64,000 nt of DNA from the human T2T-CHM13v2.0 reference genome, Homo sapiens. The stretch is taken from assembly GCF_009914755.1 (NCBI RefSeq), contig NC_060931.1; one strand, given 5' to 3'. The translations under genes and the position numbers were made by a program. The number at the start of each line of letters is the position of its first letter. Within the stretch, counting starts at the first letter, position 1. Below, piece after piece: positions 51,046 through 64,000 of the stretch. The notes under the pieces are model-generated. The model worked only from the letters and a program-made list of their open reading frames with translations. It was not told the DNA's origin and did no database searches.

Positions 51046-52009
51046 ATAGATGAAAGATTCTAGCACTTTCTACAATTAAGTTATAATTAAACAGCAGGAT
51101 GTCATATTTAGGGTGAGGGTTTTGTAAATTGTCCTGATGTTGCCTGGAATTCTCCTTTCTGGCTACATACCAATTCAAACACTTCACAAAATAGCTGAAC
51201 TATTTTGCTTTAAAGTGTTAAACACGTTTGGATGAAACTTACCTTTATCTGTTCTCCCATTTCACAAGAAAATTTTATAGTTTGGATCTTATAGTCTTTT
51301 TCTAAGTCTTTGCCATTACATAAAGAAAATTATTGTCAAAGCACCTGCCACTGCTACAGGAAAGTGACAATGATTGGTTGAAGGCCTAGTCAAACACCAC
51401 CTAAGATTAAGGAAAGTTGGAACTAAGTTTGTTTTGGCCATGGTGAGTCACTAATGAATAAAAAATCCTCATAGTTATAGATTCTTGGGCATCAGAGAGA
51501 AATAAAAGCAGCACATTAATTATGTTCAAGCATAATTAATGTATAAACATTATGTTTATACACAATTAATGTATAAACATTAACATGTTTATATACATAT
51601 ACATTAACATTAATATGTTTATGCATATGTTTATACATATGATATATATGTCAACATATCACCACAGAACTGTGGGCTGAAGAAAAATTACTTGTAGATT
51701 TTAACTTTTTTTACTGTTTCAAAAATAAATGGTGGCATATAAAAGGAAAACAGGGAGAAAAAATAAAGCAAGAGCTGACATTTTTAATACAAAATGTTTT
51801 ATTGCCAGGATCCTATCTGCATGTCCTAATAATGGGCAGGTCTGGAAAACTGCAACGGAATCTTTGTCAGTAGGAAAGGACTCTGAGAACACTTTGAGGG
51901 TGACATAAGTGTTGGGAGTTACCAGGCAGTCCGTGAATCTCTGCCAAAACCATTAAAGCTTAACATGAAGAAGAGCTAGACAGTTTCCTTGATTTTTAAA
52001 AAAACATAA

Positions 52010-54545
52010 AGCATTGCTAATAATAAAAAGAAATATTTCATAATGATAAAAAGATCAGTCCACAAGACAACTGTAAGAGTTCTAAAGCATATACACCTAA
52101 CTCCACAAAATAGCTGAACAACATAACTTCAAAATGTATAAGCAAAAAGAAAAAGAAAAAACTAAAGGAGAAATAGATAAATGTATATTCAGATAGGGAG
52201 ACTTAACATACCTCTCAAAAACTGATAAAAGAGGCAGGCAAAATACTTAATGAGAATATAGAAATTAGACCAAGTTTTGTTAATTGTGTTTTCAGGATCC
52301 GCCCATACAATTCTTTTCAAGTGCCCTGATGCATTTATGCATTTTCTGGGACTAAATGTATTTTTTTTTTTTTTTTTTTTTGCTAAATCAGGTTAATGCA
52401 TTTCAAAAGATGGAAATAGCAGTGTATGTTCTCTGAACACACTGGGACTAAGACAGGAATCAATAAGAAAAATCTAACTAGAACACTCCCAAGTGTTTAG
52501 AAATTAAGCAATGTAGTTGTAAATAACTTGTAAGTCCAAGAAGAAATCACAGTAAAACATAACATATCACAAATTGTGGCATGCAGATAAAGCTGTTCTC
52601 TGAGGGTCATTTGTACTTTTAACACACATATTAGTGGAAAACAAGGCTGAAAATCAATGCTATCCATATCCACATGAAAAAATCAGAAAAAAAGAAAATG
52701 AAACAGAAAAAGAGAAAGAAGAAATAAAAAATTAAGAAAATAAATAAAAAGAAACAGGAAACAAATGTGTGGTACTCAACCAGACCAAAAGATGGTTTTC
52801 TGAAAGGTTTGAAAAAAATCAGTGCACCACTAACAAGGCTGTCTAAGAAAATATAAGGAAGATACACATTACCTATAACAGGAATAAAACCTAAGATATC
52901 ACTAAAAGTCCTACAGATCTTAAAAAAAGTTAATGGGATGACATAATTTCATGACAATATATTTGAAAACTTTAGTAAATTGGACAAGTACCTACAAACA
53001 AAAATATATCAAAAAGGAAATAATAATTAGAAAATCTCCACGGTGACTTTTTTTTAGAGAAATTGAATCTGTAATTAGAAATCAGCCCCATACTAAATAC
53101 CCAGGACCAGATTGTTTCACAACTGAATTACCCCAAACATTTAAGGAAGAAATAGTGACAAATTTAAGCACTGTAGAGCAGAAAAAGTAGGGACACTTGT
53201 CATCTCTGTGCTGATACTAGCATTTCTTTAGTAACAAATCTAGAAATGGAAATTATAAAAAGGAAAGTTGTAGGATAATCTGTCATAAAAATAAATGAGA
53301 AACACTAAATATATCAGCCTATGTAATGATATACAAAAAGGATAGTATGGCATGGGCAATCTGAGTGTATTTCTATTCAGGTGGGTTTGGTTAATGTTAG
53401 AGAAATCAATAAGTTCAATTAATCATATTTTTCAAAATTCAGGGAAAATAATATAAGCATGTCAATAGATGTAGAAAATTCCCTTGAGAAAACACACATC
53501 CATTCATGATTTTTTAAAATTAACAAATTTGGAACAAAGGTAATTTCCTCTATTTTATAAGTATCTATCTTTAAAATACTCCTTTATTGATTATTTTACC
53601 AAAAGTACTAATAAGTACAGTGAGGCAAGAAGAAATCAAAGTTGTAATGGTTGCAAAGAAGAAAATAATACTGTTACTGTAGCAGACATTAGAATTATGT
53701 ATTTAATAAATCCAAAACAACTGTAAACTTTTAAATCTGAAAAAGAATTTAATAAGGCCATTGAATACAAGTTCAATATCCAAAAATTATTATATTTATA
53801 CAAACTAGTATGAAGCTATTAGAAGTGATATTTTTAAATGGTACAATATTTAATGATATAAAAAACATTAAATTGCCTGTAATCCCAGCACCTTGGGAGG
53901 CCGAGGCGGGCGGATCACGAGGTCAGGAGATTGAGACCATCCTGGCTAACACGGTGAAACCCCGTCTCTACTAAATATACAAAAAAATTAGCCGGGCGTG
54001 GTGGCGGGCGCCTGCAGTCCCAGCTACTCCAGAGGCTGAGGCAGGAGAATGGCGTGAACCCGGGAGGCGGAGCTTGCAGTGAGCCGCGATAGATCGTGCT
54101 ACTGCACTACAGCCTGGGTGACAGAGCAAGACTCTGTCTCAAAACAAACAAACAAACAAACAAACAAACAAAAAAACATAAAATTTCTAGGACTAAAACT
54201 AGCTCACATGGAAAAGCCTTTTATACAAACAATTAGAAGGAATTATTGAAAAAATATTAACTAGATGGAGGTAAATACCATATTCTAGATTGGAAAACTT
54301 GATTCTGTAAAGATATAAACACTCACAAATTGATTTATAAATTCAATACAATTGTAATTTTAAAGAAAACTCAGTATTTTTTTTGAGGGACTGTGCAAGA
54401 TGATTAAAATTTATATAAAGATTCAGGGGACCATTCCAACAAAAAAGAAAAATAAAAGTTAGAGAACCTAACCTACCTAATATCCATACTTATTAAAATG
54501 CCAGTATTTAAGTCACGTTGTTATTGGTGCAAGGATAGAAAAATA
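52010..54545 (+). mobile_element. Ancient L1M ORF2 remnant, interrupted by an AluY
   Basis: atttcataatgataaaaagatcagtccacaaga (endonuclease region); cccaggaccagattgtttcacaactgaatta; tcaatagatgtagaaaa. Confidence 0.75.
53875..54170 (+). mobile_element. AluY, 5'-truncated, with (AAAC)n tail
   Basis: AluY diagnostics; TSD aaaaaacat(t/a)aaatt. Confidence 0.95.
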
Positions 54546-54949
54546 ATGCTTCAATGAACGTTCCAATATATATCTTTTTGTGCACATACCTATTCATTTT
54601 GGTGAGTATAATCCCTGCAGTAGAATTTCTGGGTCTTAGGATATACATATAGTTCTAATATACGAAGATATCATCAAAGAGCCTTCCAAAATGATTGCAC
54701 CACTTTATATTTTCACAAAAAAGACATTGCAAAAGCCCTTGAAGATGGCTTAAAAGAAAATAAAATATTAATACATATGAAATGTTGAAGTAGAGGAAGA
54801 GTAAAGAAATTATTATAATTATTATTATCATTATAGATCATCAGCTATACTCATTGAAAATATTATATCCCATTCTTTGGCCTGGTACAAAATGTATCGT
54901 ACAAATTCATTTGCATCAAGTTCAAAAATGGGAAAATTTAATTTCCAGA

Positions 54950-55140
54950 AAGATAGACAGTAGTGGTCACATTGAGGAGTTAATGACTGACGGGAGCCAT
55001 GACGGAGATATCAGGTGTGCTGAGGAAGTTCAAGATGGCTATCTGGATGGTGGATATATGGTGTGTTCACATTGTAAAATTCATCCACCTGCTCACTTAG
55101 GATTTATGGACACTTTTGTATATATGCCATACTTCAAAAA
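54950..55140 (+). mobile_element. L1ME 3' UTR fragment
   Basis: gtgtgttcacattgtaaaattcatccacctgctcacttaggatttatggacactttt. Confidence 0.65.
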
Positions 55141-55620
55141 TGTTTACAGGAATTTAAAACATGAAAAACTACCAAGTAGGTATTCCGCTCTTGAAATGTT
55201 TTGACAAAAAACAATCTTTCACCCAATCCAAAAAAAGACACGGCAGTAAACTGAACTAGTTCTAGAAAAGTACTAGAAACTTAAGTTATTAAGAACATGC
55301 TTTGATAAAGGGGAAGATAGAGATGGCAGGGGGTCAAAGCATTTCTAAAATTATATGAGAAACAACAAACTCAAAATGTCTCAGAGGAGGAGGAAAGAAA
55401 TAATATCACATACTTTAAAGAGTAATTGAAGACAAACTTGTTTAAATAGTTTTATGATTTCTGCAAAGCTAGACTTAGACATCAACGAAATATGTAGAGG
55501 GGTAGATGAGAAGTTCTAAGGGGTGGTTGAGTAGGAAGAAGTAAATGAGGTAGGGATACAAGATAATGTGATATAAGTACAGAGATATGAGAAAGAGGGT
55601 AATAAGAAAAATATGTTTTA

Positions 55621-56012
<392 letters not shown>

Positions 56013-59000
56013 TCAAATTACCTTTATCTGTAGTCATGTCATAAGCTTTTAGCAGACTTAATCAATTTTCTCATGTTCAGATGAGGTCTCTGGGGTGGTT
56101 AATGCTTTTTTGGTCAGGGAACCCTGTTCAATGTTAACAAATGCACTTTGCAACCCATTTCTTCAAGCATAACAGAGATTATTTCTCCCATGTTTGCGGG
56201 GGAGTCTTAGAGAAGTTAGGGCCTGATGGAGATTGATGGCAGCCTTGGAAGAAAACGTAGATGACGAATTACAGGCTTCACACTCTTAGCACGGTGCCCT
56301 GTTGATCATTACCAGGATTGTGTTACTCCTTCTCCCTGCTCTTAAGATCAAGGAAGGATAATTTTTGTTTACCAACAAGGCTGCTCTCTCGGTGAAGCAT
56401 TTTTTCTTTCCCTATGTAGACCTTCATTTCAAATTGACCTTATTTGGGGTTCCAAGATCTAAAATATTCTAAGGGTTTAGGCATAGTTATAGAGTGATTT
56501 TCTGGTCTCATTCAAGTGAAGTTCAATTATACTTTACCACATCTTTACTATTTCTGTGTTTTGGATTAAGAAATGTTTGTCATCAGAAGTTCTGAGCTTC
56601 AGAACGATTAGAATAGTGTGATTGCAAAGCACTGCTTTTTCCACTGCAGCATGCAGCCCATGTATTGGATCATTGCTATAACATTTGGAGATAAGGCAAA
56701 CTGCCCTCCAACTGTACAGAGGTGTTGCTATTACATTTGCAAGCAGACATGGGCTATAACATTAGTGTTCAGTATCTAGCTCTATCAGCAAGCTCAGTGG
56801 GTCCAGGAGCAACATATCAACGTGGAATTTTCTGACAGTAACGGGTACCATTGTGATTTAGGAGGCAGTATTGATTCTAGGAAGAGATGTGGCTATGTAC
56901 AGTTCAAACCCGTGACCCTGGATTTATTAAAAAAACATATTTTCTCAGGAACTGAAGTAAACAAGCTTGAGAAAGTGACAATATCTGGTAAACACGAACA
57001 CATGCAGATTTTGTTTGAGGGAGCAAAACATTCAAATGACTGCTGAATTTTTTGTAAGCCATCCTGAATAATTACATAAGAGAAAAAATATCCACAGCTT
57101 AGATTTTGTAAAAAAGAAAATTTAAATGTAAGCAAACTGACAAAATGTGATAGTTGAAAGGAAATAGTACCATAATTAAGAGACCACAGGTTAAATTATA
57201 AGACACCAATTACAACACACTGTACATTGTAATAATAATTTTATTTTATTTCCATGGCAAATAAAAATAACAATGTTCGCTTTAGATTTCTAAGAATATA
57301 CTTTTTAATTTTTGTTTTATCTTTAGAAATATCACGGTAATTTTGACTAAAACATGTCCATGAGTGGGGGAATACTTTTTACTGCTAAAAAATAGACAAA
57401 ATCATTTTGCGTTAAGTAGCTTGTTTCTGCTCATTTCTGCTTCACACATACAAAAAAATATGCAAGTGAGACAAAACAAAGAACCACTAAGGCAATAATG
57501 TCTTTCTTTGGCTGTCCCATTTCCTTGACAACCAACAGGCGCATCCTCCACCCCTTCATCCCTCTCACCATCTCTGGAAGAGCTGTTAAAAAACATTCAG
57601 ATTGAGTAGATAAAGCAAAGTTAGGAATTAGTAAAAAGACATTAAATTACTTATTTTAAAATTTGCTCTAATCTATTATGTTTAAAATAATGTTGGGTGA
57701 AAGTTCCCTATCAAATATTTTTAAATAAAAAGTTATATTTTACACTCCAACTTGGTGAAAAATTCTAAATGAACTGTAAGAAATAATTGAAATAAAATAG
57801 CAAGATGTAAATGTAAAACAAAATAGAATCACTTAAAATGTATATTATAATAAGACTTAGAGTCTTGTCATTAAATGGGGCAAAAATAAGGAGGCCAAAA
57901 GCAACATATGGTTATATAAGTGTGATTGGGGCATCTATAACCTCCTTGTGCTGGCAGGTTTAACTTAGAGGGTAAGTGCATATATTAAATAAAATTGAAT
58001 AATATACTTAATATAGTAAAGATTAAGATTACAACTGCACTTTCATAATCATTTTGGTATCAAATCAACTGGACAGTGATTTGATTCATATATCAGGTAT
58101 CATGTTTTGTTTAGGCAAATAACTTAGATATCTAATTATTTTAAAATACGTATGTTTAAATGTTTCAAACTCCCTAACAAGCAGGATCCCATTTTCTCCC
58201 TGAACATTATGAAAACTAACAATAAACGTCCTTATATGATTTAAACATGTTTCTTAATCCCATCTTTTGCTTTACAATCAAACCATTTTGCCAAACTGTG
58301 TCTGATATTTTGGGGAAAAAAAAACACATAAAATGGGCATGGCTTTCCAAAGTAATGAAAACTATATTCAGAGCCCTTGAAAGTATTTGGAAACATTTTA
58401 TAAGTTTTTGGAATGTCAGTGGCAAGTAAAATATATTTTCACCTACAATGTGATTAGAATAGACACTGCTAATACTACATCATCTCCTGAGAAAAATAAT
58501 CTAACACAGTCAAAAATTTCAAAAAAAAATCTATAATTCAGGCTTAAGTCTTCAGCAATTTCTCTTTTTAACAATATGCATAAAATTTTCCCCGAGATCT
58601 GTTTAGAATGAGGCTCTGTTTCTAAGAAGGAAAGGAAGGAGCACATTTTATTGCTGGCCCATAAGCAAAGAGCAAGGCATAAAGCCACCAAGTTTATTGA
58701 AAAGTGGAACACATTTTGCCCAAGTTCTTAAGTTATTCAACCTGAGCTTTTCAGCTGAGCAGAAGGTAGAAAGCAGTTTCTGAATATTACACACCTAGTG
58801 AATTTGTTTAGCTTTGGTTATTAAAAATGTTTAGAATTGTAGTTTGTTGGCAAAATTCTTTTTTAAAAATTGTTTCTACTCATTAATCATTCACAATGCA
58901 TACTTAAAGCCAGAAACTTTAATGCAAAAGAAGAAAACTGTTTTTGCTTTTGTCTTTCAGAGAAACACACTAAAGCACATTTGGCCTCTATAATATTCTT

Positions 59001-62000
59001 TATGTTAATGGTAAAATTTGAAGACTACTTTAAGCTAGCAGCCTCAATAAATTTTAAACAAGCCCATTCTTGGCATTGTCTAGTTAATTATGGAGCATAT
59101 AACATAAACCTCATTTCATCATCTGTTTGGCAAAATATAGGGAATTATTGGGCTTTGACCTAAACTTAGAAAATCGTTGAGAATCACAGCAAATATTTCA
59201 TGTTTAAACGACAAAGTACTTAATAGTGCTGAACAGATAGTAGGTACTTAAAAACATTTGAAGATTATTGAATTTGGATTATCACAAACTATTCCTAAGA
59301 TAACTAGCCAGGCAAGAAAGATTTTACATTTGCATATTTGTGCCCAAGCTTAGTTACATAAGGGCACATTCGGTTGTTTTTTTTTTACAATTAACCATGT
59401 GTAAATAATAATAGAAATATAGTTTTTACCAACTATTTTCTTTGTTATGCTAAAATGAACAGAAGAAGATGACAATATTTGATAAACTGTGTTGAGATGG
59501 TTTACTAAAGGTTGGGATTTCTCTTCAAACTGAATGACTTGGAAAAGTTACGATGTGACATATCAGTTTATCCTTACTTTTATTTGCAATAGTTGATAAA
59601 ATACAAGGATTCTTACAAATCATATACTATATCTTCAAACTAGTATGAACACTGCCATAAAAACATGAACTCTTAGCTTTTAATGATTGTTTTTAAATTT
59701 GGGAAAGTCTCTTAAACATGTTCAACATAAATAATTAAGAAACATTACTTTCACAATTGTCATAAAGTGACAACAAAATAACAAAGTTATTATAAAACTT
59801 TGTAGAATCATGAAGAGCCCTTTATGGGGGCAGGGGAGAAAATACTAAATAGCTTCACAAAAACTTACATAACTTTAAGAATTTTCTTTAATTCAGAGGA
59901 AATAGAGGAATGTAAAATTAAAAATGTTATTAGAAGCAGGAAAGCAGGCAGGAACTGAAGCTGTGCAGTGCAGTCTTGGCTATTGTTATATTATTGCAGA
60001 GTCCCATAGGCAATCTTCACATGTACAGTACATCCTGGACCTTTTGATGCTTTTGTCCTCCCTCCAACCTGCACGGCCAGGAACCTTCAGCCAGGAAAGA
60101 TTTATGGAGCTCCCACTAACAGGGTCAACCTTGTTTTATCACCAGAGGCCTTCTTCGTAAAAATAATAACATCCATCTACTGCTCTGTTGGGCTGATCCT
60201 CTTGGCATCAACACTTTGTGTTTATCTTAACAACCAGTGCACACACAAAGTCCCCAGTTGAAATGAGTGCGTTCATCAATTCTACCAGGCACAGTAGCAC
60301 AGACTCCTGTGGTTTGTTAACCCGACATCATCTAAGCTAATGCCTAGGTCAGTGTTAGCATACTTCAAAAAGTTGATATAGTTTGTACTTTGAGATGAAG
60401 ATATAGAGTTTAAAGGAAAATAATTTATAATAACAAAGGTAACAATATTTCAACAGAATCATGAGTAAACAGCCTCAAAATGCAACGTAGATAATTAAAA
60501 TATTACAAATTACTAAATGGAAAAAAGTTAAAGTATCTTAAAAAGTGAATTATTTTTAGAATTTATCCTTCTCCGTGCACATGGCACACTGAATGGAAAA
60601 ATATCTAATTTAAGGAACTATATCAAAAAGATATTATAACAAAATCTTGGTTCTTACTTTTAGAAGTCTTAAACAAACAATTTTTAAATATCAGATTTAT
60701 ATGAAATGGACTATTGTGTTGTAAGCATTAAAGATTTTCAGATGGGAAAAGCTTGCTCATTTTTAGCGACTCAATATTTAGGATATTTCATAAATCAATT
60801 AAATTATTGTTCCTGAAATTTTGATAATTTGTTTAAATCATTCATTTTACTCTCTGGTGGTATAAATGTGTGAGGTTTTACAAAATGTTTTGGGATTTCC
60901 TCTTGGAAAAGAATGTGCATAAAAATCTAAAGAAATCGTCAATATTTTATAGTAGTTGCATAAAGTAGTTCTTTCACAGAGATCATTCTTAACAATCTTG
61001 GTCCCCTGTGCTATGATGAGAGAGGCTTTTCATGGGGATTTGGCCAAAGGTTTTTTCTAGAGTTAATACTCCCACTCTTCTTCCTTAAGTGTGTTGGGAT
61101 TATTAACATCCGCAACACAGACAGGAACTTGGTTTTATGCCTCAAGAAAAGAATGGATCTTTTTTCATATAATGATCTGCAGTGCAATTACCAATGAAAA
61201 AGCAATATTGTGCACCATAAACTGAACAATCTGCAAGGAACATTTTAGTAATAGACAATTCAAAATGCAGAGAGCATAAGGAATTTAAATCAAATGAAGA
61301 GGAAAATTGATATAAGAAAATAAAAAATATCCCACCATTTCATATACAAAGTAAACCTGAGGAGCAAATAGAATACCTGTTGTCTGCCCTTTGAGCTCAT
61401 CAGAAACTTATGTTTAAAAAGAAAATCTTATGATTTAAAAATCAAATGTTATACAATGCTTGAAAGCAGTTAGTAATAATCTAACTTGATGAAACCAGTT
61501 ATGCATTCTAGTTTAGCTCAAGCATGAATATTTTGTTAATAATGTCCTCTATCACCAGGACTTTGTGCCAAGTAGAGGAATAAAGGAAAATCCTGGTGGT
61601 TTAGCATCTATAAATCTGAGAACTCTAATCTGCCCATTGTTAAATTAAATGGAATTACATTTATACACTGCTATATTTATTTATCAGTCTCTGAATCAAC
61701 AAAGATGCATCAAATACTGTTATGTGCAGGCCCTGGAAAATACAGAAATGACAGCGGAAAGACCCTTGTCCAGTAAGAACTCATGGTTTAGTCGAGGGGC
61801 TTGGTGGGGGGAGTGATGAAATATGAGCAATACATAATTATTCAGTGTAATATGTGCAAAACTAGGCAAATTATACTGGGTGTTGTGACTTAAGCAATGC
61901 TAAGAAAAGTGTCATGCCTACGGTGATCTTAGCATCACTTGCTTAACTGGTTTCACACTGGTATTTATTCTAGTTGCCCTCCATTAGTTGAGATTGGAAA

Positions 62001-63869
62001 TAAGTAAGTACACTGAAATTTCTGTTATTAAACCCTTAAATTTAAGTATAGTACTTATTATGTGCCATACCACAAAGTAAGTGCTATATAAAAAGTTCTA
62101 AGGACTTTAATACTATTAACTCATTTAACTCACTTCATTATATTAGCAACAGAAAATAAATCACCATGTCCTATGGCTAAAATGTAACAACACAACCCAA
62201 GATGAAGCCCCAAAGGAAAAACAGATTATCATGTGATACACTGTGAGAACATGGTATTCACCAGTTCATGCAAAATTCACTCTTTCGCATTTGTGAGGAC
62301 TGAGGACCTCAGAGCATACCAAAAGAATTAAGACAGAGATGAAAGAAAAATTATCTCAGGGCATTATTTTTCTACTTGTAGTCAATGAACAGTATGTAGA
62401 TCTTCACAGAGGAACTAAGCCATTTGGTTAATCCCAAAATCAGAGGGATTTAAATCTATCACCTTTCAACTGGTTGGGAGAAGGAAGGTATTGTCTTGCT
62501 TCCACACCCATTACTCTATTTAGACCAAAGTTAGAAACATTCGCAGTGCAGTTTGAAAGTAAAAGATAGTGAAAGCCAGGCTCTTTCCTCCTAAGACCTT
62601 GCATTGTGGCAACACCAACAGTGGTAGCATAGTCAGGGTGGAGCATTTCCTAATTTCTAAAGTGGTTTCAAAAATATCTTATTTGATACTCAGTCCAGGA
62701 TTGTAAATAGGGAGATATGTTTTTTAATTGTGAAGTGAAATGACTGGTTTGGCATAACACAGCTAGAATCTAATTATCAAAGAAGTTCAGTGGCTTTTTG
62801 TGCCACCTACCCTATATCCAGAGTTTGTAGTTCCTTCCTGGAGTTAAGACTAAGTCCTACTGGGCTACTAAAATGGGTAAATGGAACCGATTGCAAACCC
62901 TTGCAAGTCATTTTGAGGCCCAATACGAAAAAAAAAAAAAAAAACATTAATAATAAATTCAATCATTAGCCATAAAGAACGTCTAGACTTTCCGCAGGGC
63001 TATATAAGTCCTATGGAGACCAGAAATAGAATCTTCTAGAATTGCAGGTTCCAAATTGTGTCCTTAGGTGCTTGTGGTCCTCACAGTTCAAATGTACCTA
63101 CACTCAAGAGTACTCCTTTCCTTTCAGTCCCCCATGCTCCCTGAATGGGTTTGAATAACTATATTGAGGAGGTTTTTATTATTATTATTATTATTAATTA
63201 ATTTTTTACTAGGTCATAAGGTCAGTGAAGACAGAAACCTTCTTTATCTAGTTCACCGTTGTTTCCCCAACACTAATATAGTGCTTGAGACTTAGATGGT
63301 ATGCAATATATCCATGTTGATTAAAGGAAGGAAGGCAGGAAGGTGGGGAGAAAGAGAAAAAGGGGAAGGAAGATGCTTCTGCAATCCTGCTTCTGTCCTA
63401 GTCCTTTTGCAACCTCTCCTTTTGGTCGCGCGTTGGGTTATCTTACCAGCCCCTCTGTCTTCTCCTACATCTTCAAGGAAGTTTCCATTTTTGAAGCCTT
63501 GACGCCATCACTTTCGTCTCTTATGATGGGACATTCAGAATGTTTTACAGGTGTTTTACTACTATAATCAAAGCTGCTATAAGCATTTTTCCCATTATTT
63601 CCTTAGAATAGATTCCTAAGAGTGGAAGGGTTGTTTCAAACTTCATGTGTAAACATTTTAAGGCTATAGCTTAAGGCATTGCCAAATTGCTGTAATAAAG
63701 GTTTATATCAGTGCTTTATTTTTATTGTTATATAATTTCAAACTTAAAACTTGCAGACAAGGTACAAGGAACTCCCATATAATTGTTATCCAAATTCAGC
63801 TTGTTTGTTTTTTTTGCGTTTTGTCCATATGTTTTTTTAGTCTCATTCTTTCTTTCTCTGTCTCTACTA

Positions 63870-63902
63870 CCCACACACGGACACACACGCGCACAAACAC
63901 AC

Positions 63903-63938
<36 letters not shown>
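63870..63938. repeat. (CA)n microsatellite
   Basis: Visible run. Confidence 0.95.
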
Positions 63939-63939
<1 letters not shown>

Positions 63940-64000
63940 TTCTTTTTTTTTTTTTTTTTTTTTTTTTGAGACGGAGTCTCGCTCTGTCGCCCAGGCTGGA
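63939..64000 (-). mobile_element. Alu 3' end (young, cut by window edge)
   Basis: Long poly-T followed by gagacggagtctcgctctgtcgcccaggctgga. Confidence 0.95.

Noticed and set aside
54854-55204. 116-aa ORF
   Set aside because: Overlaps an L1ME 3' UTR remnant, has a non-ATG start and no homology I recognise.

Overview
Primate, very likely human, AT-rich genomic DNA lying inside the AGMO (TMEM195, alkylglycerol monooxygenase) gene, which is transcribed on the minus strand. The only coding sequence I can support is one 104-bp internal exon (1537-1640, minus). It encodes (E)[34 protein letters not shown], which includes the HxxHH iron-binding box of the fatty-acid-hydroxylase family. From recalled gene structure this is exon 4, so 1641-64000 is the 3' part of the very large intron 3 and 1-1536 is the start of intron 4. 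The rest is a typical intronic mosaic: about 9 Alus, an L1PA7, several old L1M fragments, a probably near-full-length HAL1, L2 and MIR relics, MaLR and ERV1 LTRs (MLT1, MST, LTR1, MER57), DNA-transposon MITEs (MER58B, Tigger3a, MER103C, MADE2) and microsatellites. All other ORFs in the track are repeat-derived or chance. I found no convincing new protein-coding or RNA system. The best second-look items are a templated 18-nt insertion copied from a hairpin about 0.9 kb away, a nested-palindrome cluster of forkhead motifs, a possible intronic polyadenylation site just after the exon, a perfect 16-bp NFI/E-box-like palindrome, motif clusters that may be enhancers, and a few cryptic exons. Repeat family names come from remembered consensus sequences, and boundaries of old elements are approximate.
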